Below, one piece after another: positions 1-9,112 of a stretch of DNA of 64,000 nt. The first letter of the stretch is position 1. Each line of letters opens with the position of its first letter. The notes beneath the pieces are model-generated. The model was not told the origin of the DNA and searched no databases. It saw only the letters and a list, made by a program, of their open reading frames with translations. The DNA comes from Pirellulales bacterium (lineage in GTDB: Bacteria > Planctomycetota > Planctomycetia > Pirellulales > Lacipirellulaceae), in NCBI GenBank assembly GCA_041740115.1, contig JBGSMO010000487.1, positions 7,953 through 71,952 on the forward strand, given 5' to 3'. Both the position numbers and the translations under genes were made by a program.

Positions 1-313
1 TGAGGGCGCCCGAGTTGGCGCTTTCGGTCACCAGGCCGCGGATGTCGTTGAGCAGCGAGCTGACCCGGCCGAGGGCGGACTCGGCGGTGGCGATGACCTG
101 ATTGGCCCGGTCGGTGTTCGTGATGGCCCGTTGAATGCTGGTGATGTCCGAGCGAAGGTTTTCGCTGGCGATCAAACCGGCCGGATCGTCCTTGCCGGTG
201 TTGATGCGGAGACCGGTGCTGAGCCGCGTGAGCGATTGCTCCAACGACGCGTTGGACTGGCGCAACGTATTACGAGCGACCAGCGAACTCACGTTTGTAT
301 TGATACGAGTCAT
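1..313 (-). CDS. fliC: Flagellin, 5' part (truncated by window edge)
   Basis: Manual translation from ATG at 313: MTRINTNVSSLVARNTLRQSNASLEQSLTRLSTGLRINTGKDDPAGLIASENLRS..., the flagellin N-terminal domain. Not in the ORF track. Lies next to csrA and fliW. Confidence 0.94.
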   Translation of the reverse strand, partial: MTRINTNVSSLVARNTLRQSNASLEQSLTRLSTGLRINTGKDDPAGLIASENLRSDITSIQRAITNTDRANQVIATAESALGRVSSLLNDIRGLVTESANSGAL

Positions 314-647
314 TCTTCAAACCCCTGTCAGGTAAGAGCCACTTTTCGGACGCGGGCCAGAGCGCTGGGGGAGCGGCTCAGTTCTGGCCAATCATTTGGT
401 CGATCGCACGGCGCCGAGGTCACCCGCCTCGCGTTTATCCACCGTAGTTGGGTATCTCGACGGTCCTGGCGAATCCTCGCCCTATCGCAAGCGCTCGCCA
501 GAGTCCGTCGCGCCAAGCGTAGGTTGTAGTCCTGCGCCATGACGGAAAAATTTTTCTGGGCGACGCCGCGGTCCCTCGCCGTCGGACCGACTCCGCTCCG
601 CTTGTGCAGCGACCGCAGTGTTTTCCGACTCACCGTCTAGGGCGAGA

Positions 648-675
648 TATCGACGTGGGGTAAAAGGGGGCTTGA
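648..675 (-). promoter_or_regulatory. Possible sigma-28 (FliA)-like promoter for fliC
   Basis: Minus strand reads TCAAG-N16-GTCGATA, resembling TAAAG/TCAAG...GCCGATAA, but the spacer is about 2 nt longer than the usual consensus. Confidence 0.3.
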
Positions 676-847
676 GGGAGTGACAGCACCTTTACCCCGG
701 AATGCAGCATTCCGAAGTTGTCTCGCTAAGCGCGGCCGGCATAGCCGGCAAGATCGGCCGACGAGGAGCGTAACTGTCCAGGCGGCGCAAGCGGATCAAT
801 CGTCAAAGCCGATTGTCGTTGCCTAACCAGACAGGCGCCCGGACAGC

Positions 848-1084
848 TTAAGGACGCTCAGTGGACGAAGGCCGTCCGAGGCCGCGCGCCTCCTCGGGGC
901 GGAGCTTGGCGGCTTGTTGGTTCTCGCGGCGGATCGCTTCGTAGACTTCCCGCCGATGGACCGAAACGTCCTGTGGGGCTTCAATGCCGAGCTTCACTTT
1001 GTCGCCGCGGACGTCGACGACCGTCACCACCACGTTGTCGCCGATGATGATGCTCTCGTCGCGAGTTCTGGATAGAACAAGCAT
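848..1084 (-). CDS. csrA: Carbon storage regulator / translational regulator CsrA
   Basis: MLVLSRTRDESIIIGDNVVVTVVDVRGDKVKLGIEAPQDVSVHRREVY matches the CsrA signature; fliW-csrA-flagellin synteny. Confidence 0.97.
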   Translation of the reverse strand: MLVLSRTRDESIIIGDNVVVTVVDVRGDKVKLGIEAPQDVSVHRREVYEAIRRENQQAAKLRPEEARGLGRPSSTERP

Positions 1085-1275
1085 GGCGGCGTCTCCCTAA
1101 TCGCGGTTGGAACCGCGCTGCTGATTGTGTATCTGGCGAGCGCGCTGTCGATGGAGTCGACGCGCGAGGTGGTTATCGGTAGGGGGGAACGGCGAGTCGC
1201 GCTTTTTCGAGTGGCGAGCGGAAAGTCCGCCCAATCAACTCGTCGCTCGCGCCTCGCAACTCCGAGCTTCTTATC

Positions 1276-1713
1276 TTATGCCGTGAGCCGCATCTCGCCG
1301 TCAGTCGGCAAGATCAACCGCACGGGGAGGGGATCTCTCGCGATGACTTGCCGACCCTTGCGACCGTCGACGTTGATCACCAGCGGCGCCCGCAGGTTGA
1401 GCGCCAGTCCTTCCGGGTGGCGGCTGACGATCACGACGACTTGCGCGTCGGTCGCGTTGACTAATTGCAGAGGGGCCAGGTCTTGGCGGGCGATTCGCAG
1501 CTGATAATCAGAGACGAAGCGGCGCGGGCTGACGACGCCGAGCGCGGACTCGGGCTCGTCAATTGATTGTAGCCAACCGAGCGCGGAGTTATGCGCGTCG
1601 GCCAACACCACCCAGCGGCGGCAGGCGCGAAGCCCGATCAGACCTTGGTCGAATGTCAGAATGTCCGACGGCTGAACGGCAAGAACGCCAAATCTTGATG
1701 TCGTGATTTCCAT
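1276..1713 (-). CDS. fliW: Flagellar assembly factor FliW
   Basis: MEITTSRFG...LTFDQGLIG...WLQS...LNLRAPLVIN pattern; adjacent to csrA. Confidence 0.93.
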   Translation of the reverse strand: MEITTSRFGVLAVQPSDILTFDQGLIGLRACRRWVVLADAHNSALGWLQSIDEPESALGVVSPRRFVSDYQLRIARQDLAPLQLVNATDAQVVVIVSRHPEGLALNLRAPLVINVDGRKGRQVIARDPLPVRLILPTDGEMRLTA

Positions 1714-1941
1714 ATCGCCACCCGCACCTTCCCTGAGGCGGATCTCTGACTCGAGACAATCTCGAGGTCGCCTGTGCTATCCCACGGCACCCTTAGCATC
1801 GGCGCAGCGAGGCGGGGGGGAACAGTAAAAATGCGCGGCTTCTTGCGATGCGGCGAGCGGGGCAAGATGTGGCGGCTGGCGATGGCGTTGCTGACAAGCC
1901 TGTCAGACGAACGTTAGAAGACTGTTAAGTCGTTTTGATTT

Positions 1942-2153
1942 ACCGCTAAGGACGCCAAGGTTCGCCAAGGGAAGAGCAAGAATGTTGGAACCGCCGATAA
2001 ACGCCGATAAACGCCAATAAGAATTATCTGCGTTCATCTGCGTTTATCGGCGGTTCCAAACTCTTCCTCGTTTCTTCCGTCGTGGCCGTCGTGGCCGTCG
2101 TGGTTCAATTCCTCCCCCGCATTTCCTTGGCGAACCTTGGCGTCCTTGGCGGT
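1942..2153. repeat. Nested palindromic repeats (outer 29-bp and inner 20-bp inverted repeats, 9-10-nt periodic arms)
   Basis: 1942-1970 pairs with 2125-2153 (28/29); 1985-2004 pairs perfectly with 2040-2059; an unpaired CGTCGTGGC x3 tract lies near 2078-2105. Confidence 0.9.
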
Positions 2154-2191
2154 TAATCATTCAGACCTTGCTGTTCCCCAGGCGTCGTCTG

Positions 2192-4891
2192 CTACAGATA
2201 GCTCAGCAGCGACATCTGCAGGATGCTCGCGGTTGCTTTGAGAGAAGCTTCCAGCGAGACCTGTCGCGCGGTGAGATTGGAGATCGCTTCGACGAGGTCG
2301 ACTTCCAACTCCTCGGACAGGGCCGAGCGGAGTTGGACGTCTTCGTCTTCGAGATTCTGTTGCGTAACGTCGAGAGCCCGTTGGCGGGCGCCGACTTCGG
2401 AGCGCGAAAACGTGATGCGGTCGAGATCGGCGTCGATGCCTGAGATGGCGTTCTCGACCGCCGTGATGTCGTTGGCGGCGAGGGCGTCTCGCAGGCGAAT
2501 CAGCGTCGTGAAGACGCTGGGCGTATCGAGGTAGTTCTTGTCGGTTCCTGTAATCACGCCGCTGGCGCTGGTGACGGTCGTCGTGTCGGCCGGGAGGAGG
2601 CCGAGATATTCGGCGGCTTGGCTCCCTTCGGCGGCGGTGATCGTGAGGGGCTGGCCGGCGTCGTCGACGAGTTCAATGCCGTTGCCCGTGACGTTGAGCC
2701 GCGCCGTCACGGCGACGCCGGCCGTATTGTTGAGCGTGTGGTTGTTGATTAGGTCGATCACATCCTGAACGGTTTCGGCCCCGGAGACGTCGATCGGCAG
2801 GTCGACCGTGCCGACGCCGTCGCTGGCGGTGATCGTGAAGTCGGTGACGAACGGCGGCGGGTTCTCCTGATAGGAGTCGCGCTTGGCGGGGACGCCGAGG
2901 CCGCGGTTGAGCGCATCGAGCCGCGTCTCGCCCGTCAACGAGCGAATGCCGAGCTGCGTGGCGGTTTGGCCGCCGTTCTCGCCGATCTGGAGGTCGGTGC
3001 CGCTGAGCCGCGAGCGGATGTTAATGCCGCTGCCGTCGGCGTTGATCTCGGCGTGCAGGCCGGCTTCGGAGCCGTTGATGATGTTGAGCAGGTCTTCGAC
3101 CGTTTCCGCGTCGTCAAACGTGAGCGTGTAAGTCGATTCGCCGCTGACGATGCGAAGGCCGCTGGAGGCGTCGAACGGGGCGCCGCTGCCGCCGGAGGTC
3201 GTGGCGGTCGCGTTGAGCGACACGGGCTGGGCGCCGGCTTGGGAGCTGTTGGTGGTGTCGAGCGTGTCGAGCGTCGCGGTGAAGGTTCCCTCGGCGTTGA
3301 TCGCCGCGGCGACGTTATTGGCGCTCGAGGCGTTGGCGCGAACGTAGACGTACAGCGTGTTGGCGGCCCCGCCGCTGTTGCCGGTGTCGCCTTGGACGTT
3401 GGAAATGTCCGACGCCGCGATGAGCGAGGCGCCGTTGTACGACGCAGGGCCTTCGGCGCTTTCGTCGGAGGTGGCCGTGAAGTCGCCGGTGGCGTTGACG
3501 GCGTTGACGACAGCGTCGAGCGACGTGGCGCCGGCGTCGTCGACGGTGATCGTCAGTTGCTTGGTGGTGCTGTTGTAGCTGGCATTGGCGGCGTTGCCGA
3601 GGCCGGTCGCGCCGACGACGACGACGTCGACGTTGTTGAACGCCGTGCCGGCCGTGTTGGCGGTGATCGTCAAATCGTTGCCGGGCCCGCTGAAGCGGAG
3701 CGAGGCCTGGGCCTGCCGGGCGGTCGCCGAGTATTGGGCGTATTCCGCTCCTGGCGCCACGCCGGGCGACGCGCGGAGGAGCTCGTCGTCAACGATCTGA
3801 ATCGTGGCGCCGTTGTATTGGACTCCGTTGACGGCGGCTTGGATCAGCAGGTTGTTGTTGTCGCCGGGCGAAACAAGCCGGGTGCGGGCTTTGGAGCCGA
3901 GCAGGCTGTCGAGTTGCGTCGTTTTGGCGACGAGGGGATTTAGATCGCCGCCGACCAACGGGTTCGTGAGAACGCCGAGCGTGTTCAGGATGCCGAGCTC
4001 GCTCGCCGCCTTGCCGCTGGCGACTTCCTTGACGGTAAGGTTGCCGCCGCCGGCGGAGTCGAGTTGCAGCGTCAGGCCTTGTCCGGTGATGTCGACGGTC
4101 ACCTTGCGCCCAAAGGGGGCGTTGGCTTCGATCAGCCGGGCGACGTCGCCGACGGTGGCGGCGTGGCTGATGTCGACAATGACGGAATTGGCGCCGTCGG
4201 AGATCTGCAAGGCGCCGTTGGGGCTGATGCCGCGGCCGCCGCGGAGCGAACTGAGCGGCGTGTCGGCGGTGACTTCCGGGTTCAAGTCGACGCCGCCGAG
4301 GACTTCGCTGGAAATGCCGCCGAAGACGTCCTGGCCAGTGGCGTTCGTCGAGAACAGCACGCCGAGATCGGAATGGCTGCGGATCGACTGATCGTCGCCA
4401 TGGTAGGTGACGTAGGCGCCGTTGTAGGAGTAAGGTTCGACGTTGGTCTGCGATCCGGCGAACAGGTAGCGACCGCGAAATTGCGTGTTGCCGACGGAGA
4501 CCATCTGCTCGATGGCGCGATTGATTTCGGTGATCGCGGCTTGGCGCTCGGAATCGGTCGACGTCGTGCCCGAGACGCCGAGCGCCACGCCACGGATGTC
4601 GCCGAGGAGCCCGGCGACGTTGTTGAGGGCGACGTCGGTGCTTTTCAGAAAGGTTTGGCCGGTTTCTATATTGGAGCGGATCTGCGTCTTGCGTTCCAGC
4701 AACCTTTGCAGCGTCATCGCGCGGCGGGCGGCGGGAGCGTCCTCGCTGGGGAGCGTGAAGCGCTGACCGGTGCTGACCTGGTTTTGCAGGCGGAAGAGAT
4801 CGAGCTGATCGCCTTGCAATTGCGCGAGCAGCCGCTGGCGGACCAGCATGCCGCTGACGCGGGTCGTCGGGAGTGGGATGATGCTGGCCAT
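2192..4891 (-). CDS. flgL: Flagellar hook-associated protein 3 FlgL, very long form (899 aa)
   Basis: N-term QVSTGQRFTLPSEDAPAA...NTQFRGRYLFAG and C-term RSEVGARQ...EVDLVEAISNL are flagellin-family terminal domains; directly follows flgK. Confidence 0.9.
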   Translation of the reverse strand: MASIIPLPTTRVSGMLVRQRLLAQLQGDQLDLFRLQNQVSTGQRFTLPSEDAPAARRAMTLQRLLERKTQIRSNIETGQTFLKSTDVALNNVAGLLGDIRGVALGVSGTTSTDSERQAAITEINRAIEQMVSVGNTQFRGRYLFAGSQTNVEPYSYNGAYVTYHGDDQSIRSHSDLGVLFSTNATGQDVFGGISSEVLGGVDLNPEVTADTPLSSLRGGRGISPNGALQISDGANSVIVDISHAATVGDVARLIEANAPFGRKVTVDITGQGLTLQLDSAGGGNLTVKEVASGKAASELGILNTLGVLTNPLVGGDLNPLVAKTTQLDSLLGSKARTRLVSPGDNNNLLIQAAVNGVQYNGATIQIVDDELLRASPGVAPGAEYAQYSATARQAQASLRFSGPGNDLTITANTAGTAFNNVDVVVVGATGLGNAANASYNSTTKQLTITVDDAGATSLDAVVNAVNATGDFTATSDESAEGPASYNGASLIAASDISNVQGDTGNSGGAANTLYVYVRANASSANNVAAAINAEGTFTATLDTLDTTNSSQAGAQPVSLNATATTSGGSGAPFDASSGLRIVSGESTYTLTFDDAETVEDLLNIINGSEAGLHAEINADGSGINIRSRLSGTDLQIGENGGQTATQLGIRSLTGETRLDALNRGLGVPAKRDSYQENPPPFVTDFTITASDGVGTVDLPIDVSGAETVQDVIDLINNHTLNNTAGVAVTARLNVTGNGIELVDDAGQPLTITAAEGSQAAEYLGLLPADTTTVTSASGVITGTDKNYLDTPSVFTTLIRLRDALAANDITAVENAISGIDADLDRITFSRSEVGARQRALDVTQQNLEDEDVQLRSALSEELEVDLVEAISNLTARQVSLEASLKATASILQMSLLSYL

Positions 4892-4966
4892 AACTGCGGT
4901 GCGACGGGACTTGTTGCTTTTGGGTGTTTACTGCAGCGCGCCGGGGTCGGGACGACCCGGCTCGCT

Positions 4967-6664
4967 TTACAGCGAAACGAGGATGTCCATTAGTTCCGAC
5001 AGGGTGGAGATGTAGCGAGCCGACGCCTGATAGGTCCGCTGCAGCATGATCATGTCGATCGCTTCTTCGTCGAGATTGACGCCGCTGACGGCTTGCGCGT
5101 TGGCTTGTAGCGTTTGCTCGAATACCTTGAAGCCATCAGTCAAGGAACCAGCGACCGTGGCTCCCTGAGCCGTTTCGTTAATCAACTGGTCGTACAGGCC
5201 GGTGATCGAGTTGCCGCTGAGGCTGGCGAGCCCCTCGTCATGGAGGGCGACCAATCGCAACCCGTTCTCGACGTTGACGCCAATGCCGGCGTTGGAGGCG
5301 GCGAACTTCGAGCCGTCGGCAGCGACGACGGCGTTCACGGCGAGCGTCGCGGCGGTGGAGCCGGTGAAGAAGGTGTTGACGCCGATCGCCGCCAGCAAGC
5401 CGCTGCTGTCGTCGGCGAAGGCGAGCCGCGTTTCGGCGCTCGCGGCGGAGATTTTCAGCTTGTTATCGGAGGTGACCTGCGCGTTGACGCCTGCGACGCC
5501 GTTTAGCTGGCTGACCAGCGAAGCGAGCGTCGTGTCGTCTTGCAGGCCGTCGAGGTCGACGTTGATGGTGTGCGTTTCTGTCAGCTTGGTCGCCGTATTA
5601 TAGACGAGCAGTTTGAACTGTCCGTTGACCGGCGTGAACGGCAACCCGGCGGCGTCGAGCGTGAGCGCAGGATCGCTGACCGACTCTTGACTGGTGACGC
5701 TTTGAAAGCCGGTGGCGCCTTGGCCTTGCGAGTAAATCTTGTTGAACTCGAACGCCAGGGCCGACGCGAAGTTGTCGAGTCGATCAAGAAAGCCGCCGAC
5801 GATGCGGTCGCGTGATTCGTAGATGCCGTGCAATTCGCCCCCGGAAACGCGGAGGGGACTGCTATTCTCGACAAACTGGATCGAGGCGGTAGGTCGGCCA
5901 TTGGTGGTCGCGTAGACGGTTTTGACCGGTCGAGCGGTCCCTTCGAAGACGAGCAGTTCGCCGCCGACGGTGACGTTGACGGCGCCGACTGAATTCTCTG
6001 TGACCGACACGTCGGCGATTTCCGCGAGGCGCTTCAGCGCGACTCCGCGCTGGCTGCGCAGGGCGCCGGCCTGGCTGGCCGTGGGATTGCCCCCTTCCAG
6101 CGAAACGATCTGGACGTTGAGCTTGCGAACCTGTTCGGTGAGGGTGTTGATTTCGGTCGTGAGATTGTTCACCTCGATGCCGAACTCTTCGTAGGCCGTG
6201 GTGACGCGACGATTGAGCGTGTTGATCGTCGTCGCCAGCGCCTTGCCGGCCTGGACGGCGAGGTTGCGGACCGACATTTCCTCGGGTTGATCGACGACTT
6301 CTTCGATGCTGTTGAAGAAATTGGTGAGTTGCGTGCTGACGTCGGTGTCGGAAAGCTCGCCGATGATCGACTCGAGATCGCGGTAGACCTTCTCCTGAAT
6401 CTCGGAGCTGGCCCGATCGCCGGCGACGCCGCGGAGGCGGTCCTCGATGAACGTGTCGATGTTCTGGACGATGCCGGCGATCTCGACGCCGAGGCCGAGC
6501 GTCAGATTGCCGAGCTTTTGGACTGGCGCCGGGGCGTAGAGGACGCGCTCGCGGATGTAACCGGGCGTGTTGGCGTTGGCAATGTTGTTGCCGACGACGT
6601 GCAGGCCGATTTCCATCGCCTGCAGCGTATTGCCCGCCATCTGGATGGAGCCGAAGATCGACAT
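4967..6664 (-). CDS. flgK: Flagellar hook-associated protein 1 FlgK
   Basis: GNNIANANTPGYIRERV N-terminus and VSGVNLDEEAIDMIMLQRTYQASAR C-terminus. Confidence 0.95.
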   Translation of the reverse strand: MSIFGSIQMAGNTLQAMEIGLHVVGNNIANANTPGYIRERVLYAPAPVQKLGNLTLGLGVEIAGIVQNIDTFIEDRLRGVAGDRASSEIQEKVYRDLESIIGELSDTDVSTQLTNFFNSIEEVVDQPEEMSVRNLAVQAGKALATTINTLNRRVTTAYEEFGIEVNNLTTEINTLTEQVRKLNVQIVSLEGGNPTASQAGALRSQRGVALKRLAEIADVSVTENSVGAVNVTVGGELLVFEGTARPVKTVYATTNGRPTASIQFVENSSPLRVSGGELHGIYESRDRIVGGFLDRLDNFASALAFEFNKIYSQGQGATGFQSVTSQESVSDPALTLDAAGLPFTPVNGQFKLLVYNTATKLTETHTINVDLDGLQDDTTLASLVSQLNGVAGVNAQVTSDNKLKISAASAETRLAFADDSSGLLAAIGVNTFFTGSTAATLAVNAVVAADGSKFAASNAGIGVNVENGLRLVALHDEGLASLSGNSITGLYDQLINETAQGATVAGSLTDGFKVFEQTLQANAQAVSGVNLDEEAIDMIMLQRTYQASARYISTLSELMDILVSL

Positions 6665-6782
6665 GAGAAGCGGCCGACGAGGTTAGGACGAAGCGCCAGC
6701 GGAGCTATATCGCGACGCCGACGTGCGCTCCGCGACTCGCGTCGCAGTCCGCTGGTCGACGCCCCTAAACTCGCGGCGCTTC

Positions 6783-7280
6783 CTAGACTGCCTGATCGAT
6801 GAGGGCGCCGCCTCGTTCGACGACGCGGCCCTTTCCATATGTCGGCTGCGATCGGCCTCCCGTAGCAATGATCTCCAGCATTTGTGAAAGGTGCAGGACG
6901 GTGCGCTGGACGGCGACCCACTGCGCAAGGCACTCGTGACGGATGAGTTCGGCGCGCTGGCGTGCCTCGGCGACCGGCGTTTTCAGGGCCGAAGCGGCCG
7001 AACGTGGCAGCGCGGTGGCGAGTTCTTCGAGCGAACATGACGGCAGTCCTTCGGCGTCGGCTTGTCGCAACAGTTCTTGCCGGCGCTGCTGGCATGCTTG
7101 CAACTCGGCGGCCAGTTCGCCTTCGCGCGTGACGAGATCGGAGAGGCCCTGGTGGTCGCGGCGAACGATGAGCTCGCGCTTTACCGACAGCAGCGACAGC
7201 AACTCCTGCTGCGCGGTCGAGAGCCGCTTCAGCAGCGCGGCGAGTTCCGTTTCCCAATGGAGCGGCGTGGCGGCGGTCAC
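6783..7280 (-). CDS. flgN: Flagellar export chaperone FlgN
   Basis: Helical 165-aa protein ending PTYGKG; sits immediately upstream of flgK. Confidence 0.8.
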   Translation of the reverse strand: MTAATPLHWETELAALLKRLSTAQQELLSLLSVKRELIVRRDHQGLSDLVTREGELAAELQACQQRRQELLRQADAEGLPSCSLEELATALPRSAASALKTPVAEARQRAELIRHECLAQWVAVQRTVLHLSQMLEIIATGGRSQPTYGKGRVVERGGALIDQAV

Positions 7281-7301
7281 GAGCGGAGGTCCTTATTGAA
7301 G

Positions 7302-7426
7302 CCACCGGCTCCGCCGGTGGACGCATGCACTGGGAATTAGCGGTTACATCGGCGCCACTGGCATCTTGCCAGTGGGAAGTATCGATCGAGTACCCACTTC
7401 TGCACTGGCAGGATGCCAGTGGCGCC
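7302..7426. repeat. REP-like palindromes
   Basis: Hairpin CCACCGG-CTCCG-CCGGTGG (7302-7320) and a 24-bp inverted pair 7351-7374 / 7403-7426 (23/24), each arm itself a hairpin CACTGGCA..TGCCAGTG. Confidence 0.85.
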
Positions 7427-7459
7427 CAATCGATTTGTTTCTGGGTAGATACCGAAATA

Positions 7460-7840
7460 TTAACGGCGGCGAAGCGAGCTGAGATCGGTGAGCGATGCAG
7501 CGGCGTTTTTGTCAGCCTTGGCGATCAGTTCCGCTTCTTTCGGGAACTGGCGGCGGAACATGGCGGCCGAGAGTTCGCCGCCGTTTGATTTCGACATTTC
7601 GTCGCCGATCTGATGATCGAGTTGCTGCTGAAAAATCTTTTCGGCGTTGCCGCCGTGGAAGTAGGCGGGCTCCCCGACGGTGCTGCGCATCGACTTGAGC
7701 ATCTCGCCGTAAAAGCTCTTGCCGACAAAGTCTTCAAACGCCCCCTGCAGTTCGCGGGCGTTGTCGAGCTGCTGATCGGCCGACGACGTCGTCTGCCGGA
7801 GCGGCTTGATGTTCGCGGTGCTATTGAGGTTGATTTGCAT
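7460..7840 (-). CDS. flgJ: FlgJ-like rod-binding protein (no muramidase domain)
   Basis: ELQGAFEDFVGKSFYGEMLKSMRST...AEKIFQQQLD..IGDEMS rod-binding motif; follows flgI. Confidence 0.75.
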   Translation of the reverse strand: MQINLNSTANIKPLRQTTSSADQQLDNARELQGAFEDFVGKSFYGEMLKSMRSTVGEPAYFHGGNAEKIFQQQLDHQIGDEMSKSNGGELSAAMFRRQFPKEAELIAKADKNAAASLTDLSSLRRR

Positions 7841-7855
7841 GGCTTAAAAATTCTT

Positions 7856-7987
7856 TAACCGCGAATTACGCGAATCTTCGCGAATAAGGAAATGCTGAGG
7901 AGAATTGAATACTGGATTCGCGGGCCAAGAGTTAGTTGCCTGCTCTTTAGGGAATGGTCCTCGTCTTATTCGCGTGATTCGCGGTTA
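7856..7987. repeat. 9-10-nt-periodic palindrome
   Basis: TAACCGCGAATTACGCGAAT (7856-7875) pairs with 7968-7987 (19/20). Confidence 0.85.
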
Positions 7988-8003
7988 GTTTTTCCTGCCC
8001 GCA

Positions 8004-9062
8004 TTATTCCACAATCAGGCGCCCATGAAGTTTGCCGCTGCGGGCGATTTCCTTGATGATTTCGATCCGATCCTGGTTCGGGACCTTGATCGAGTTGAGG
8101 GCGTCGACCAGGGCGTCCAGCTTCGTGGAATTGACCTGTTCAGTGCCGATCGGCGTGAACCCGGGCGGATCGCCCGCTTCGATCACGACGTTGTTGTGCG
8201 AGACGACGACGTCGCCGATCGTGACGTCGCCGCTGATGACGATCGTGCCGGTACGCTGGTTGATAATCACGCGGGCTTCAGGCTCGGCGGAGTAGATGTC
8301 GACGTCGAGGATGTCGGCGACGAACGCCACCGGGTTGTCTTGGTACTCTTGCGGAATGCGGACGACGATGTTTGATGCGTTTACCGCCTGGACGAAGCCG
8401 TCTCCCTCGCGGGAGTAGAGTTTGTGGATCGAATCGACGACTTCCGTGGCGGTTTGGAAGTTGGCGTGGTGTTCTTCGAGGATCAGCGTGATGCAGCCGT
8501 TGTGGACGAAAGGGGTGAAGATGTCTTCCTCCATCTGGCAGCCCCCTTTGATGAAGCCGACGTTGGGCGATTCGGGGTCCTGTAGGTGGACGGCTCCTTC
8601 GCAGAGGCCGTAAACGCGGCGGTCTTGCGTGTGTGGGCCCTGCAATGCGGCGAAGGCGAGGCGGCCGCCGGCAAGGCTCTTGCCGTTGATCCCCATGACG
8701 TAGCAATCGATCTGGTCGCCGCGACGGGCGCCGGTGGCGGGAACCGTCGCGGTGACCATCACCATGGCGACGTTTTTGACCTTCTCCAGATCCTTCAAAC
8801 CGCTGCGACCGCCCAGAGGGACTTCGGGGACCGGGGCGCCCATGATCTCCATCGCCCTGGCCAGCGCCCGCATCGTGGCGTGGTCGTTCGCTTCGCCGGT
8901 GCCGTTGAGGCCGACGACGAGGCCGACGCCGCGGAGCGTGTTCGTTTCTTGCCCCTTCACGCGGACAATATTCCGCAGGACCGTGCGGCCGTAGCAGTCG
9001 GCGACGCCGCCGAACATGGCGACGAAGGCGAGCAAAGTCAGGAGCGTGCGATGAAGAGTCAT
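8004..9062 (-). CDS. flgI: Flagellar P-ring protein FlgI
   Basis: LRGVGLVVGLNGTG, ARVIINQRTGTIVI and SGKLHGRL motifs; start placed at the ATG before the signal peptide (MTLHRTLL...). Confidence 0.92.
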   Translation of the reverse strand: MTLHRTLLTLLAFVAMFGGVADCYGRTVLRNIVRVKGQETNTLRGVGLVVGLNGTGEANDHATMRALARAMEIMGAPVPEVPLGGRSGLKDLEKVKNVAMVMVTATVPATGARRGDQIDCYVMGINGKSLAGGRLAFAALQGPHTQDRRVYGLCEGAVHLQDPESPNVGFIKGGCQMEEDIFTPFVHNGCITLILEEHHANFQTATEVVDSIHKLYSREGDGFVQAVNASNIVVRIPQEYQDNPVAFVADILDVDIYSAEPEARVIINQRTGTIVISGDVTIGDVVVSHNNVVIEAGDPPGFTPIGTEQVNSTKLDALVDALNSIKVPNQDRIEIIKEIARSGKLHGRLIVE

Positions 9063-9112
9063 GTGATTCAGTCGTGTGTCGGAGAGTCTGGTTCGTCGTT
9101 TGGCGAACCGCG

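Noticed and set aside
131-633. ORFs 131-529, 135-335 and 328-633
   Set aside because: They are antisense to fliC or lie in its leader, with no recognisable motifs; likely GC-rich shadow frames.
2040-2059. Sigma-28 -10 element (GCCGATAA)
   Set aside because: It is part of a palindromic repeat arm and has no correctly spaced -35.
1942-2153. CRISPR array
   Set aside because: The repeats are inverted and only 9-10 nt periodic, with no unique spacers; no cas genes in the window.
2966-4993. Long + strand ORFs (325 aa, 309 aa)
   Set aside because: Antisense shadows of flgL.
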